Part shown: in pieces, positions 7,622-16,256 of the stretch
How the letters are laid out: every line of letters begins with the position of its first letter
Numbering within the stretch: position 1 is the stretch's first letter
From: an uncultured Pseudomonadales bacterium
GTDB taxonomy: Bacteria; Patescibacteriota; Microgenomatia; UBA1400; PJMF01
Assembly (NCBI GenBank): GCA_964511345.1
Contig: CAZEEV010000004.1
Location: forward strand, 19,802 to 83,801
Length of the DNA stretch: 64,000 nucleotides
Direction of reading: 5' to 3'
Made by a program: the position numbers and the translations under genes
The notes under the pieces: model-generated
Database searches by the model: none
What the model was told of the DNA's origin: nothing
What the model saw: only the letters and a program-made list of their open reading frames with translations

Positions 7622-10066
7622 GTGGCTACTAAGAAAAAATTAAAAAAAACCAAAAAAAATAAAATAAAACGAGAAAAAAAAGTTTTAGTAGCACAGAATT
7701 CGGTTAAGTTAATTAAGCGTGGTCGCCCTAAGTTACCATTCCATATCAAGCTTAAAAGAACAGTCACAAAATATTTTTTCAACTTAAATAAAAAAATAGA
7801 TAAATCAATAAAAAAATTGATTTATCAATATATTTCTATTTTAAAAGCTCTTAGAATTAAAAAAGGCCGTGGGCGTAAAAAATTGCCTTTTTACATTAAA
7901 TGGCAAAGATTTTTTCTTAATCTCAAAGAACAATTTGGTAAAAAGAGAAAAAAAATTTTTGAAAATTTGCGTCTTTTCAAACTAAGGTTTTTAAAGATTT
8001 TACATTTGAACAAAAAAGTTGGCCGACCTAAAAAGAAACCAATTTTTTACTCCTATTTAACTTCGATTTTTTTAACAATTTTATTTTTAGCTTTTTCTTA
8101 TTTGACTTATGATGTGGCAATTAGAGATTTACCTTCACCAACAGATTTATCTAATAAGGCACAGAGTCTAACTACTAGGATTTTAGATAGAAATGGTAAT
8201 TTGCTTTACCGTATATATGAAGATGAAAACCGTACTCTAATTGCTTTACCCAATGTTTCGCAATATGCCAAAGATGCCACTATTGCTATTGAAGATCAAA
8301 ATTTTTACAAACACATTGGCTTTTCATTTAAGGGCATTTTTAGGGCGATTTTGAAAAATTTCTCAGGAGATACTGTACAGGGTGGTTCTACAATTACTCA
8401 ACAATTGGTTAAAAACCGTTTGCTTAGTAAGGAAAAAACCTATCGTCGTAAAGTTCGTGAATTGATGTTATCTCTCATTGCAGAGCGGATTTACAGCAAA
8501 GAACAAATCTTGGAAATGTATCTTAATACAGTACCTTATGGTGGTTCGACTTATGGCATAGAAGAGGCTTCGTGGCGTTATTTTAATAAATCAGCTCGAG
8601 ATTTAAGTTTGGCAGAATCAGCACTTTTAGCTGGTTTACCACAGGCTCCATCAACTTACACGCCGTTTGGTTCTAATCCAGAGCTGGCTTATGAACGCCA
8701 AGCCGAAGTACTGCGACGCATGGTGGAGGATGGTTATATTAGTCAATTACAAGCTGATCAGGCTAGACAAGAAAAATTGATTTTTAATCAAGATAGAATT
8801 GATATTCAAGCACCACACTTCGTGATGTACGTACGCAAACTTTTAGCTCTTAAGTATGGGGAAGAAATGTTATCCAAAGGAGGGTTAGAAGTAAGAACTA
8901 CTCTCGATTTATCACTACAAAATCAGGCCCAAGAAATTGTGAGCAGCGAGGTTGGCAAGTTAAAGGTGTTTAAAATTAGTAATGGGGCTGCTTTAGTTGC
9001 TAATCCTAAAACAGGTGAGATTTTAGCCATGGTCGGTGGAGCCGACTATTATGATTTTCTTCATGATGGACAAGTCAATGTGACAATTAGACCGCGTCAG
9101 CCAGGATCATCTATTAAACCATTGACTTATGCTACGGCTTTTGAGCGAGGTAAAACTGCTGCTTCCATCGTTGATGACTCACCGGTAGTTTATCAAATTC
9201 CTGGTAGCAAGCCCTATGCCCCAAAGAATTATGACGGTCGTTTTCATGGCAGAGTGACCCTGCGTGAAGCCTTAGCTTCTTCTTATAATGTTCCAGCGGT
9301 TAAATTATTGGCTGAAATAGGAGTAAATAATTTAATTGATAAAGCTGAATCTTTTGGTATTAGTACCTGGCAAGATAGAAATCGTTTTGGCTTATCTTTG
9401 ACTTTAGGTGCTGGTGAGGTACTAATGACAGATTTAGTAACTGCTTATAGCACCTTTGCTAATCTTGGCTATCCAGTAACTTTAAATCCATTTTTAGAGA
9501 TTAGTAATCAAAAAGGTGAGCGACTTTATCGTAATGATTGTGCCTTGGATAATGACAATTGTTATGAAGACTTAAAACTCAGTCCTAAGGCAGCTTATCT
9601 AATTACAGATATTTTGTCTGATAATAAAGCCAGAACACCAGCCTTTGGTGCCTTTAGCGTACTTAATATTCCCAACCAACAAGTGGCAGTTAAAACCGGA
9701 ACCACTAATAACATGAAGGATAACTGGACGATTGGTTATACCACCAATCGTTTGGTAGCGACTTGGGTGGGTAATAATGACAATACACCAATGAGTTATG
9801 TGGCCTCAGGTATAACTGGAGCTTCGCCGATTTGGAATAAAATTATGCTTTTGCTTTTGGATGATCAAAATCCACATCGTTTTGCTGTTCCTGAAAACAT
9901 GATTAAAGTTAAAATTTGTACTGTTACTGGTACTTTGCCTTGTGCTAAATGCCCTCGAGTTGCGGAGGAAATTTTTGTCAAAGGTACAGAGCCACAAAAT
10001 TTTTGTAATGATGAATCTTTTGCTGATTTAGCGGTTGAAAATCAAGGAAACCAAAAACCCCAATAG
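7622..10066 (+). CDS. Class A penicillin-binding protein (PBP1A-type) with a ~135-aa lysine-rich cytoplasmic N-terminal extension containing AT-hook-like repeats
   Basis: GT51 motifs (EDQNFYKHIG, QGGSTITQQLVKN) and transpeptidase motifs (SGSSIKP, SYN, KTGTTN). The N-terminal tail carries KRGRPKLPFHIK, KGRGRKKLPFYIK and KVGRPKKKPIFY before the TM helix. GTG start at 7622. Confidence 0.8.
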   Translation: MATKKKLKKTKKNKIKREKKVLVAQNSVKLIKRGRPKLPFHIKLKRTVTKYFFNLNKKIDKSIKKLIYQYISILKALRIKKGRGRKKLPFYIKWQRFFLNLKEQFGKKRKKIFENLRLFKLRFLKILHLNKKVGRPKKKPIFYSYLTSIFLTILFLAFSYLTYDVAIRDLPSPTDLSNKAQSLTTRILDRNGNLLYRIYEDENRTLIALPNVSQYAKDATIAIEDQNFYKHIGFSFKGIFRAILKNFSGDTVQGGSTITQQLVKNRLLSKEKTYRRKVRELMLSLIAERIYSKEQILEMYLNTVPYGGSTYGIEEASWRYFNKSARDLSLAESALLAGLPQAPSTYTPFGSNPELAYERQAEVLRRMVEDGYISQLQADQARQEKLIFNQDRIDIQAPHFVMYVRKLLALKYGEEMLSKGGLEVRTTLDLSLQNQAQEIVSSEVGKLKVFKISNGAALVANPKTGEILAMVGGADYYDFLHDGQVNVTIRPRQPGSSIKPLTYATAFERGKTAASIVDDSPVVYQIPGSKPYAPKNYDGRFHGRVTLREALASSYNVPAVKLLAEIGVNNLIDKAESFGISTWQDRNRFGLSLTLGAGEVLMTDLVTAYSTFANLGYPVTLNPFLEISNQKGERLYRNDCALDNDNCYEDLKLSPKAAYLITDILSDNKARTPAFGAFSVLNIPNQQVAVKTGTTNNMKDNWTIGYTTNRLVATWVGNNDNTPMSYVASGITGASPIWNKIMLLLLDDQNPHRFAVPENMIKVKICTVTGTLPCAKCPRVAEEIFVKGTEPQNFCNDESFADLAVENQGNQKPQ

Positions 10067-10237
10067 GAGAGTAATTAGTAGAAGTAATGGTGCCACCCAT
10101 CTTTGACTTAGTTCTTCTTTTTCAATTTTTCTTTGACGTTTTTTGGCTTGTTTAGCTAAATAGTTTTGTTCGATTTTATCTGTTTTTTTAGCTACATCTT
10201 TAATCAGATTAGGATCAGGTTGATAAAATTTATTCAT
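10028..10237 (-). CDS. Small C-terminally TM-anchored protein (69 aa), hypothetical
   Basis: ORF immediately downstream of cmk on the same strand, overlapping its stop by 8 nt. Basic N-terminus and a C-terminal hydrophobic helix. It overlaps the 3' end of the convergent PBP gene by 39 nt. Confidence 0.3.
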   Translation of the reverse strand: MNKFYQPDPNLIKDVAKKTDKIEQNYLAKQAKKRQRKIEKEELSQRWVAPLLLLITLLLGFLVSLIFNR

Positions 10238-10934
10238 TGTTTTTTTGAATTTGTTTTACTTTTTCGATAATTAAGTTAACTACTTCTTCAATTTCTAGAT
10301 GACTAGTGTCTAAAACCCAAGCTTCTGGCACAATCTGCAGAGGATCGGTGTCTCTTTGCAAATCTCTTTGATCTCTTTCTTTGATTTCTGCAATCACTTC
10401 TTCAACAGTGACGTTCATGCCTTTAGTTAAATACTGCATATGTCTTCTATTGGCGCGTGATTCCACATCAGCAGTTAAAAAGATTTTTAAATCAGCCTTT
10501 GGTAAAACACGAAAAGTAATGTCTCTGCCTTCCATCACCACATTTTGATTATTGGCAATTTCTTGTTGTTTTTTGACTAGCACGTGTCTGAGTTTAGGCA
10601 GAGTAGCTACTTTGGAAGAACCATCACTACATTTTTGGGTACGAATAGCCCAAGAGACATCTTCTCCGTTTAAGATTACAGTGGTTAATCTGCCGTCTGT
10701 TTCTTTAGGAGGGAGAGGATTACGCATCTCTAATTTGCTTTTTTCAAGTAAAGCCACTACTTGATCTTCATCAGTTAAATCAATTTCTTGGCGTAGAGCT
10801 AATAAAGCTGTGGCTCTGTACATGGCTCCAGTATCGACATAGAGGAAGCCTAATTTTTGTGCTAATAAACGAGAAATTGTGCCTTTTCCTGCCGCTATAG
10901 GACCATCAATGGCAATTTGAAAGGATTTGCTCAT
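10230..10934 (-). CDS. cmk: Cytidylate kinase
   Basis: IAIDGPIAAGKGT P-loop with the characteristic Cmk NMP-binding and lid regions. Confidence 0.85.
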   Translation of the reverse strand: MSKSFQIAIDGPIAAGKGTISRLLAQKLGFLYVDTGAMYRATALLALRQEIDLTDEDQVVALLEKSKLEMRNPLPPKETDGRLTTVILNGEDVSWAIRTQKCSDGSSKVATLPKLRHVLVKKQQEIANNQNVVMEGRDITFRVLPKADLKIFLTADVESRANRRHMQYLTKGMNVTVEEVIAEIKERDQRDLQRDTDPLQIVPEAWVLDTSHLEIEEVVNLIIEKVKQIQKNNE

Positions 10935-10947
10935 AAAAAACTTCTAT

Positions 10948-11181
10948 TTATTTCTTGCTGGTTTTTTTCTTTTTAGGGGCAGTTTTTTTAGTAACAGTTT
11001 TTTTCTTGGTAATTACCATCCACTCGTCTCTATCGGCAGTGATTAAGCCACCTAAGCCAACAATAACGAGAATCAGTGGCCATAGATTCCAAAATGCTTT
11101 GGGTAAATATCCCATATTGGAAGCCATGAAAATGAGTCCCATAACTACTAAAGTAACTGGCCAGAAAACTTTTTTAGGCAT
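10948..11181 (-). CDS. Small membrane protein with lysine-rich C-terminal tail (77 aa)
   Basis: Two predicted TM helices followed by KKKTVTKKTAPKKKKTSKK. It sits between smpB and cmk on the same strand. Confidence 0.4.
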   Translation of the reverse strand: MPKKVFWPVTLVVMGLIFMASNMGYLPKAFWNLWPLILVIVGLGGLITADRDEWMVITKKKTVTKKTAPKKKKTSKK

Positions 11182-11240
11182 AACTTAATTAAAGCGTAAT
11201 TTTTGTGAGAGAACAAGTGCAAAAAATGAAATTTATTCAA

Positions 11241-11693
11241 TTATATTTTGAGTTTCGCTTTTTTATTTTGTGAAGCTAGTTCTCTCTGCAGATCTTTTTT
11301 CTTGATGTTAGCTCTTTTTTCGTATTCTTTTTTACCCTTAGCTAAGGCAAACTCCAATTTGATCAGATTGTGCGATAGAAAGAAAGCCAGAGGTATAATA
11401 GCAAAACCTTTTTGTTGACTGGTTTCTACCAATTCATTCAATTCACTTTTTTTGATTAATAATTTGCGAGATCGTTTAGGATCGTAATCTTCTTGTTTGG
11501 CAAAAGCATAGGCATTAATCTGTGCATTAATTAAAAAAAGTTCACCGCTAATTTCTTTGATATAGCTGCCATTAAGACTGGCATGTCCCAAACGCAAACT
11601 TTTCACTTCACTGCCGCTCAAAACTACACCAGCTACAAATTTCTTGCTGATCGAGTATTCGTATTGAGCTTTTTTGTTGAAAACGAGTGACAT
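11241..11693 (-). CDS. smpB: SsrA-binding protein SmpB
   Basis: 150-aa protein with conserved SmpB core (KKAQYEYSI...GSEVKS..., C-terminal basic tail). Confidence 0.85.
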   Translation of the reverse strand: MSLVFNKKAQYEYSISKKFVAGVVLSGSEVKSLRLGHASLNGSYIKEISGELFLINAQINAYAFAKQEDYDPKRSRKLLIKKSELNELVETSQQKGFAIIPLAFFLSHNLIKLEFALAKGKKEYEKRANIKKKDLQRELASQNKKAKLKI

Positions 11694-11730
11694 GAGTAAG
11701 GCTTATTTTAACATTGTTTAGCTGATTTAG

Positions 11731-13545
11731 TTATAGCTCTACCTCATAGACCACTGAGCCACTCAGAGCATAGATTTTTTGATTATCTGTGTTAAAAGCA
11801 ATGCTACTTACACCAGCCAACTCGTTACTTTTAATTTCATTGATGAGTTGGCCATCTTTAGTAATAACAACTAGTCTTTTGTTTTGTTTTTCTAGGATTG
11901 CCAGAGAATTGTTATTTTCACCAGTGCTTAGAGAAACGGTGCTAGTAAGTAAATTACTAAGGCCAGCGATTTGGAAATCAGTCGCGTAACCTTTACTAAA
12001 TTTCAATAGTCTGCCAGATTTATCTCCCAACCATAAATCGCCATCAACTACCAAATCACTAATGTTTTCAAAATTAATACCTTGCTTGTCTACTAACCAA
12101 CCGATTGGTTCACTAAGTTGATCAGCATTGTAATAGTACCGATAAATATTTCTTTTTTCCTTATTAACCAGATATAAATATGGTCCAAAGCTACTGAAAT
12201 GCTCAGCATTTTTATCTGATTCTCCTGCCACTTTAATTTCTTTAAATTCTTTTTCGTTTTTTTGCAAATCCAGCATTTGTATACCGTTGCTCAAGATAAA
12301 TAATTTGCCGTCGCTAACGGTAAAATCTCTAATTTGCTGATTACTATTTAAACTTAATTTTTCTTGACTACGATCCGCATTAATCTTCAAAATTTCCTGA
12401 CCACTATTTTCTAAAATAAAAATTTGCTGATTTGCAACTACAATTTTATTGCCCAAAAAGTTTTCCAAATTAAAAGCGATAGATAAACGATCTAAAGAAT
12501 TTTCTCCAGATATTTGGTTGATAGTGGTTTGCAATTTTTGGATTTCTTGATCAATTAATTGCAGACTATCTCGATTGTTTTTTTCTTTTTTCAAAGCTTC
12601 TAATGCCTGTAAACTTTTTTGCGCTTTTTCTCTGGCAGTTAAAGGCTGTTTCAAAACTAGCTGGTCAATATTTTCTATTTCAGAATTGATTGCAATAATT
12701 TGGTTTTGAATGTTGTGAATGATTTGTTGTTTTTGTCTGTTCAATAGAGTGAATGTGCCAAAAACTCCTCCAAGCAATACTAGAAAAATTATTAAACTAA
12801 TTAATAGCTTTTTCTTATTTTGGTTTTTTAGCCATATATAGATTTTTTTTAAAAATAAATGAATTTTTTTGCCAAAAAAATAAATTTTTGCAATTACTTT
12901 TTTAAGATAAGACAAGACCTGAGTGATCAATGGCACGAGTTTGTTGATTTCAAATTTTGTTTTTGCAGGGTTTTGACTGATTTTTTCTTGATAATTAAGA
13001 ATAGCTAAACTAGTGCCGAGATTTTTTATTTCTTCTTGCATCAAACTCAATTCACTAACAATTTTTTCCAAACTATTTTCTTTGGCATTCAAACTTGCTG
13101 AAGCAAGAATTTTCTCGGCTAAAACTGCACCAGCTTGATTGACTAAAATAATCTGATCACCTGTGCGAAATGGACCAAGAATGATTTTTACCTCAGCTCT
13201 ACTAGAGAGGATTGGCCTGACTTGTCCATTTCTTTGCAAGATTACTTGTCCAGAATAAGTGACAAAAACAATTTGTTCTTGGTGAAGCCAGCTAGCAGCA
13301 AGCTCTATTTCCAAGTCTTTTTGACGAGTAAAGACCAATAAATCTAAAATTTTTTGGTGGAGTTGTTCTGGATTATTGATTTGCCAGCTGGTAAATTCGC
13401 TGGCTAAATCTTTACAAAAACTGGTAGCATTTTGACCTTTGAGAGAATAAGCGACGACCAATTGTTTGTTTTGACTTGCAATCACTTCGGAGCAGAAATC
13501 TAAACGAGGATGAGCTAAGATTGATACAAATTGAGCCTCTTTCAC
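11731..13545 (-). CDS. Large hypothetical membrane protein (604 aa): cytoplasmic N-domain, single TM, extracytoplasmic coiled-coil and beta-rich C-terminal region
   Basis: Long ORF with an internal hydrophobic helix (LISLIIFLVLLGGVFGTFTLL), a heptad-rich region, and a C-terminal region with repeated beta-strand-like segments. Confidence 0.5.
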   Translation of the reverse strand: MKEAQFVSILAHPRLDFCSEVIASQNKQLVVAYSLKGQNATSFCKDLASEFTSWQINNPEQLHQKILDLLVFTRQKDLEIELAASWLHQEQIVFVTYSGQVILQRNGQVRPILSSRAEVKIILGPFRTGDQIILVNQAGAVLAEKILASASLNAKENSLEKIVSELSLMQEEIKNLGTSLAILNYQEKISQNPAKTKFEINKLVPLITQVLSYLKKVIAKIYFFGKKIHLFLKKIYIWLKNQNKKKLLISLIIFLVLLGGVFGTFTLLNRQKQQIIHNIQNQIIAINSEIENIDQLVLKQPLTAREKAQKSLQALEALKKEKNNRDSLQLIDQEIQKLQTTINQISGENSLDRLSIAFNLENFLGNKIVVANQQIFILENSGQEILKINADRSQEKLSLNSNQQIRDFTVSDGKLFILSNGIQMLDLQKNEKEFKEIKVAGESDKNAEHFSSFGPYLYLVNKEKRNIYRYYYNADQLSEPIGWLVDKQGINFENISDLVVDGDLWLGDKSGRLLKFSKGYATDFQIAGLSNLLTSTVSLSTGENNNSLAILEKQNKRLVVITKDGQLINEIKSNELAGVSSIAFNTDNQKIYALSGSVVYEVEL

Positions 13546-13555
13546 TGAGTTTATC

Positions 13556-14689
13556 TTAACACAGAATAGCTAAGTTAGGTTGACGATCAAGTTGATCTAG
13601 ATTAGCAAATTCACTCTTAGAATATTTAAAATTAGCTACCAGGCCAATCATGGCCGCATTATCACCACAGAGCTTTTTACTGTAAGGTACTTTGAGTATA
13701 ATTTTTTTACCACTCAATTGTTGGTATTTGGTCAAGGTTTTTCTGACAATTTTACGTAAACTAATGTTGGCGGCTACGCCGCCACCAAGCCAAATCTCAT
13801 TAATTTTTGTAGGAATAGCCTGGCCTTTTTTAAGATGTTTCATAAAATTTCGGCTAGGATAAAGCATTTGCTCTAGATTCTGGCTAAATAAAATTCTTTC
13901 TAATTTGTAGGCAATTTGTTCAAAAACTGTTGTTTGTAGAGCTAAGGCTAAATCATAAATAGTTTGTTGATCTAATTTATTTTGTTTCTCTAAATCGGCA
14001 ATTAAATTACGGGCAGCAGTTTTCAGACCAGAGAAACTTAAATCAAAATTAGCTTGTGAAGTCATGGCTTTGGGAAAGGTAAATTTGCCGGGATGACCTT
14101 TCTTGGCGAATTTTTCTAAAAGTGGCCCAGCTGGATAACCTAAATTTAGTAAGCGTCCTACTTTATCTAGGCATTCTCCAGCGGCATCATCGATAGTTTG
14201 GCCGATTTTTTGATAATGACCAATTTTATCTATTAAAATAAATTCGCTGTGTCCGCCAGAAATAACCAGCGCTAAACTAGGCAGTTGAGATGCTAGGATA
14301 TTATTGCTTTTTTTGCCATTATTAACAGCTAATGCAGACAAGGCATGAGCTTCGATGTGATTAATGGCAATGACTTTTTTATGATGCTCTAGAGCCAATT
14401 CTTTAGTTCTCTCAACACCCACTTCCAAAGCTGGTGCTAAACCTGGCCCAACTGTGACGGCAATGGCTTCGATTTCTGCCCAATTCACCCTGGCTTGTTT
14501 CATGGCTAAATGGATAGTTGGATCAAGGTTTTTTTGATGTTCACTTTTAGCCACAGTGGGGAAAACGCCACCATATTGTTTATGAATTTGGTTTTGCGAA
14601 GCCACAATATTGCTTAACACCACTGAGCCATCCACAACGGCGGCGCTGCTATCATCACAACTGGTATCAATAGCTAGAATTTTTGGCAT
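13556..14689 (-). CDS. tsaD: tRNA N6-adenosine threonylcarbamoyltransferase TsaD (Kae1/Gcp family)
   Basis: ILAIDTSCDDSSAAVV ... GGVF ASKH-fold motifs. The likely start is MPKILAID at 14689, shorter than the ORF-track start at 14734. Confidence 0.85.
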   Translation of the reverse strand: MPKILAIDTSCDDSSAAVVDGSVVLSNIVASQNQIHKQYGGVFPTVAKSEHQKNLDPTIHLAMKQARVNWAEIEAIAVTVGPGLAPALEVGVERTKELALEHHKKVIAINHIEAHALSALAVNNGKKSNNILASQLPSLALVISGGHSEFILIDKIGHYQKIGQTIDDAAGECLDKVGRLLNLGYPAGPLLEKFAKKGHPGKFTFPKAMTSQANFDLSFSGLKTAARNLIADLEKQNKLDQQTIYDLALALQTTVFEQIAYKLERILFSQNLEQMLYPSRNFMKHLKKGQAIPTKINEIWLGGGVAANISLRKIVRKTLTKYQQLSGKKIILKVPYSKKLCGDNAAMIGLVANFKYSKSEFANLDQLDRQPNLAILC

Positions 14690-14690
14690 T

Positions 14691-15755
14691 TTATTTTTTA
14701 CTAATAATAATTTTTCTTCGCTGATTTTCTTCACTAAAATCTAAAGTTAATAAAGGGATTTCTTTGTCTAATTTAAGCCACTTAGCAATTTGCTCAAACC
14801 ACTCAATGACTACAAGGTTATTTTTTTGAATTAGTTTTTCAATGGCTAAAAAGTTTATTTCTTCTTGGCTATCAATTTTCCAGGCATCGATATGATAAAA
14901 AGTGCCCTTAGTGCTCGAACGTTTATATGAATATTCATTCATATATGAATAGGTAGGAGAACTAATGGTTTCTTTAATGCCTAAGAACCTAGCGACGCCT
15001 TTGGCAAAAATGGTTTTGCCCATACCAAGTGGCCCATTAAGAGCAATCACTAAACCGTTTTTTTGTAAGTCATTTAAGTGATTAAGCAATAAGCGCCCAG
15101 CCAATTCAATGGTTTCATTTTCATCATTGCTCCACAAAACCTCACCTTTTTTATTTTGGAGTGAGCCACGCAGAGCAATCGGTGTGGAAAGAGTGGTATC
15201 GACAACAATTGATGGTTCATTTTTAGGTAGTTCACCAGCGTCAATGATTAGATCAACTAAGTCCTTTTGTTTTGCTGATAAGCCAGTAAAAATATCCTGA
15301 ATAGTGTAAGGTCGTTTTTTACCAGAGGCATTTGCCGAAGTGCTGGTGATGGCTTGACCAAGATTTTTGATAAGATCAGTAATTAAAGGATAAGCTGGAA
15401 TACGAATCCCCAAGGTGCCAAATTCAGAATTAACTCTAGGATCAGTTTGATTTTTGCTTTTAGAAATGACTGTAAATGGACCAGGCAAGAAATTGTTGTA
15501 AAATTTCAGAGCTTGTTCATTAATGTCGACATATTTTTCTGCCATTTCTTGATCAGTGACAGCAATCGATAGAGGCTTGCCTTCGCGGCGACCTTTATAC
15601 TGCAAGAGTTTATCAATGGCTCCAGCATGATTAGCCATTGCCCCAATGCCATAGACAGTTTCAGTGGGGTAAATTACCAAACCGCCATTTTTCAAACAGC
15701 TGGTTGCTTCACTAATAACTTGCTCTCGATTAGAATTGAGCTTTAATATTTTCAT
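14691..15755 (-). CDS. Fusion protein: threonylcarbamoyl-AMP synthase (TsaC/YrdC domain) N-terminal, TsaE (YjeE P-loop ATPase) C-terminal
   Basis: N-terminal half has YrdC motifs (VIYPTETVYGIGAMA, KGRREGKPLSI). C-terminal half has the TsaE signature (ALNGPLGMGKT...GIKETISSPTYSYMNEYSY). The likely start is MKILKL at 15755; the ORF track extends to 15800. Confidence 0.7.
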   Translation of the reverse strand: MKILKLNSNREQVISEATSCLKNGGLVIYPTETVYGIGAMANHAGAIDKLLQYKGRREGKPLSIAVTDQEMAEKYVDINEQALKFYNNFLPGPFTVISKSKNQTDPRVNSEFGTLGIRIPAYPLITDLIKNLGQAITSTSANASGKKRPYTIQDIFTGLSAKQKDLVDLIIDAGELPKNEPSIVVDTTLSTPIALRGSLQNKKGEVLWSNDENETIELAGRLLLNHLNDLQKNGLVIALNGPLGMGKTIFAKGVARFLGIKETISSPTYSYMNEYSYKRSSTKGTFYHIDAWKIDSQEEINFLAIEKLIQKNNLVVIEWFEQIAKWLKLDKEIPLLTLDFSEENQRRKIIISKK

Positions 15756-15786
15756 ATTTTTCTGTAAGATATAGGCCCATATTATA

Positions 15787-16155
15787 ATGCCAAAAGACAA
15801 TAATCGTTACCAACTTTTAAATAATCTTGATTTGCTCACTCCGATTGCTGTGGATGATGGGGCCAATCTTAAATTTAGTCTTTATTTAAGGTCTAGAGAA
15901 ATGAGGGAAATTGTTTTAAATTTGGAAAAAGTAATGTTGAAGAAGAAAACTGAGCGTGACTTATTTGTGGCAGAAAACAAAACTTTTATTGATGCACTGA
16001 TGAAAACTTTCGTCGATGATTCCAACTTAACCTTGGAAGGCATGCAGATGGATCAAGAGACAGCGCAAATGTCTATGCAATTAGCTATGGATTTGCGTAA
16101 ATCCATTTCTTTGGTTAATGCGCTGTTTTACGGAGTTGAAGGCCTAAAGAGTTGA
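15787..16155 (+). CDS. Hypothetical protein (122 aa)
   Basis: ORF divergent from the tsaC-tsaE gene. No recognisable domain. Confidence 0.35.
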   Translation: MPKDNNRYQLLNNLDLLTPIAVDDGANLKFSLYLRSREMREIVLNLEKVMLKKKTERDLFVAENKTFIDALMKTFVDDSNLTLEGMQMDQETAQMSMQLAMDLRKSISLVNALFYGVEGLKS

Positions 16156-16159
16156 GTAT

Positions 16160-16186
16160 TTAGCAATCAATACTGCTTATTGCTAA
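16160..16186 (+). promoter_or_regulatory. CIRCE-like HrcA operator (TTAGCA-N15-TGCTAA) upstream of groES-groEL
   Basis: The sequence ttagcaatcaatactgcttattgctaa matches the outer arms and spacing of the CIRCE consensus TTAGCACTC-N9-GAGTGCTAA. It lies about 70 nt upstream of groES. Confidence 0.6.
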
Positions 16187-16256
16187 GTAAATTTTTTTGT
16201 GGTAAATTTTGCGCAGTAAAGTATTTAACTTAATTTCCTAAAAAGAAAGGAGAACC

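Noticed and set aside
10955-11188. 77-aa plus-strand ORF overlapping the small minus-strand membrane gene
   Set aside because: It is an exact antisense mirror of the 10948..11181 ORF. The minus-strand version fits the operon orientation (smpB to cmk) and has a membrane-protein-like composition.
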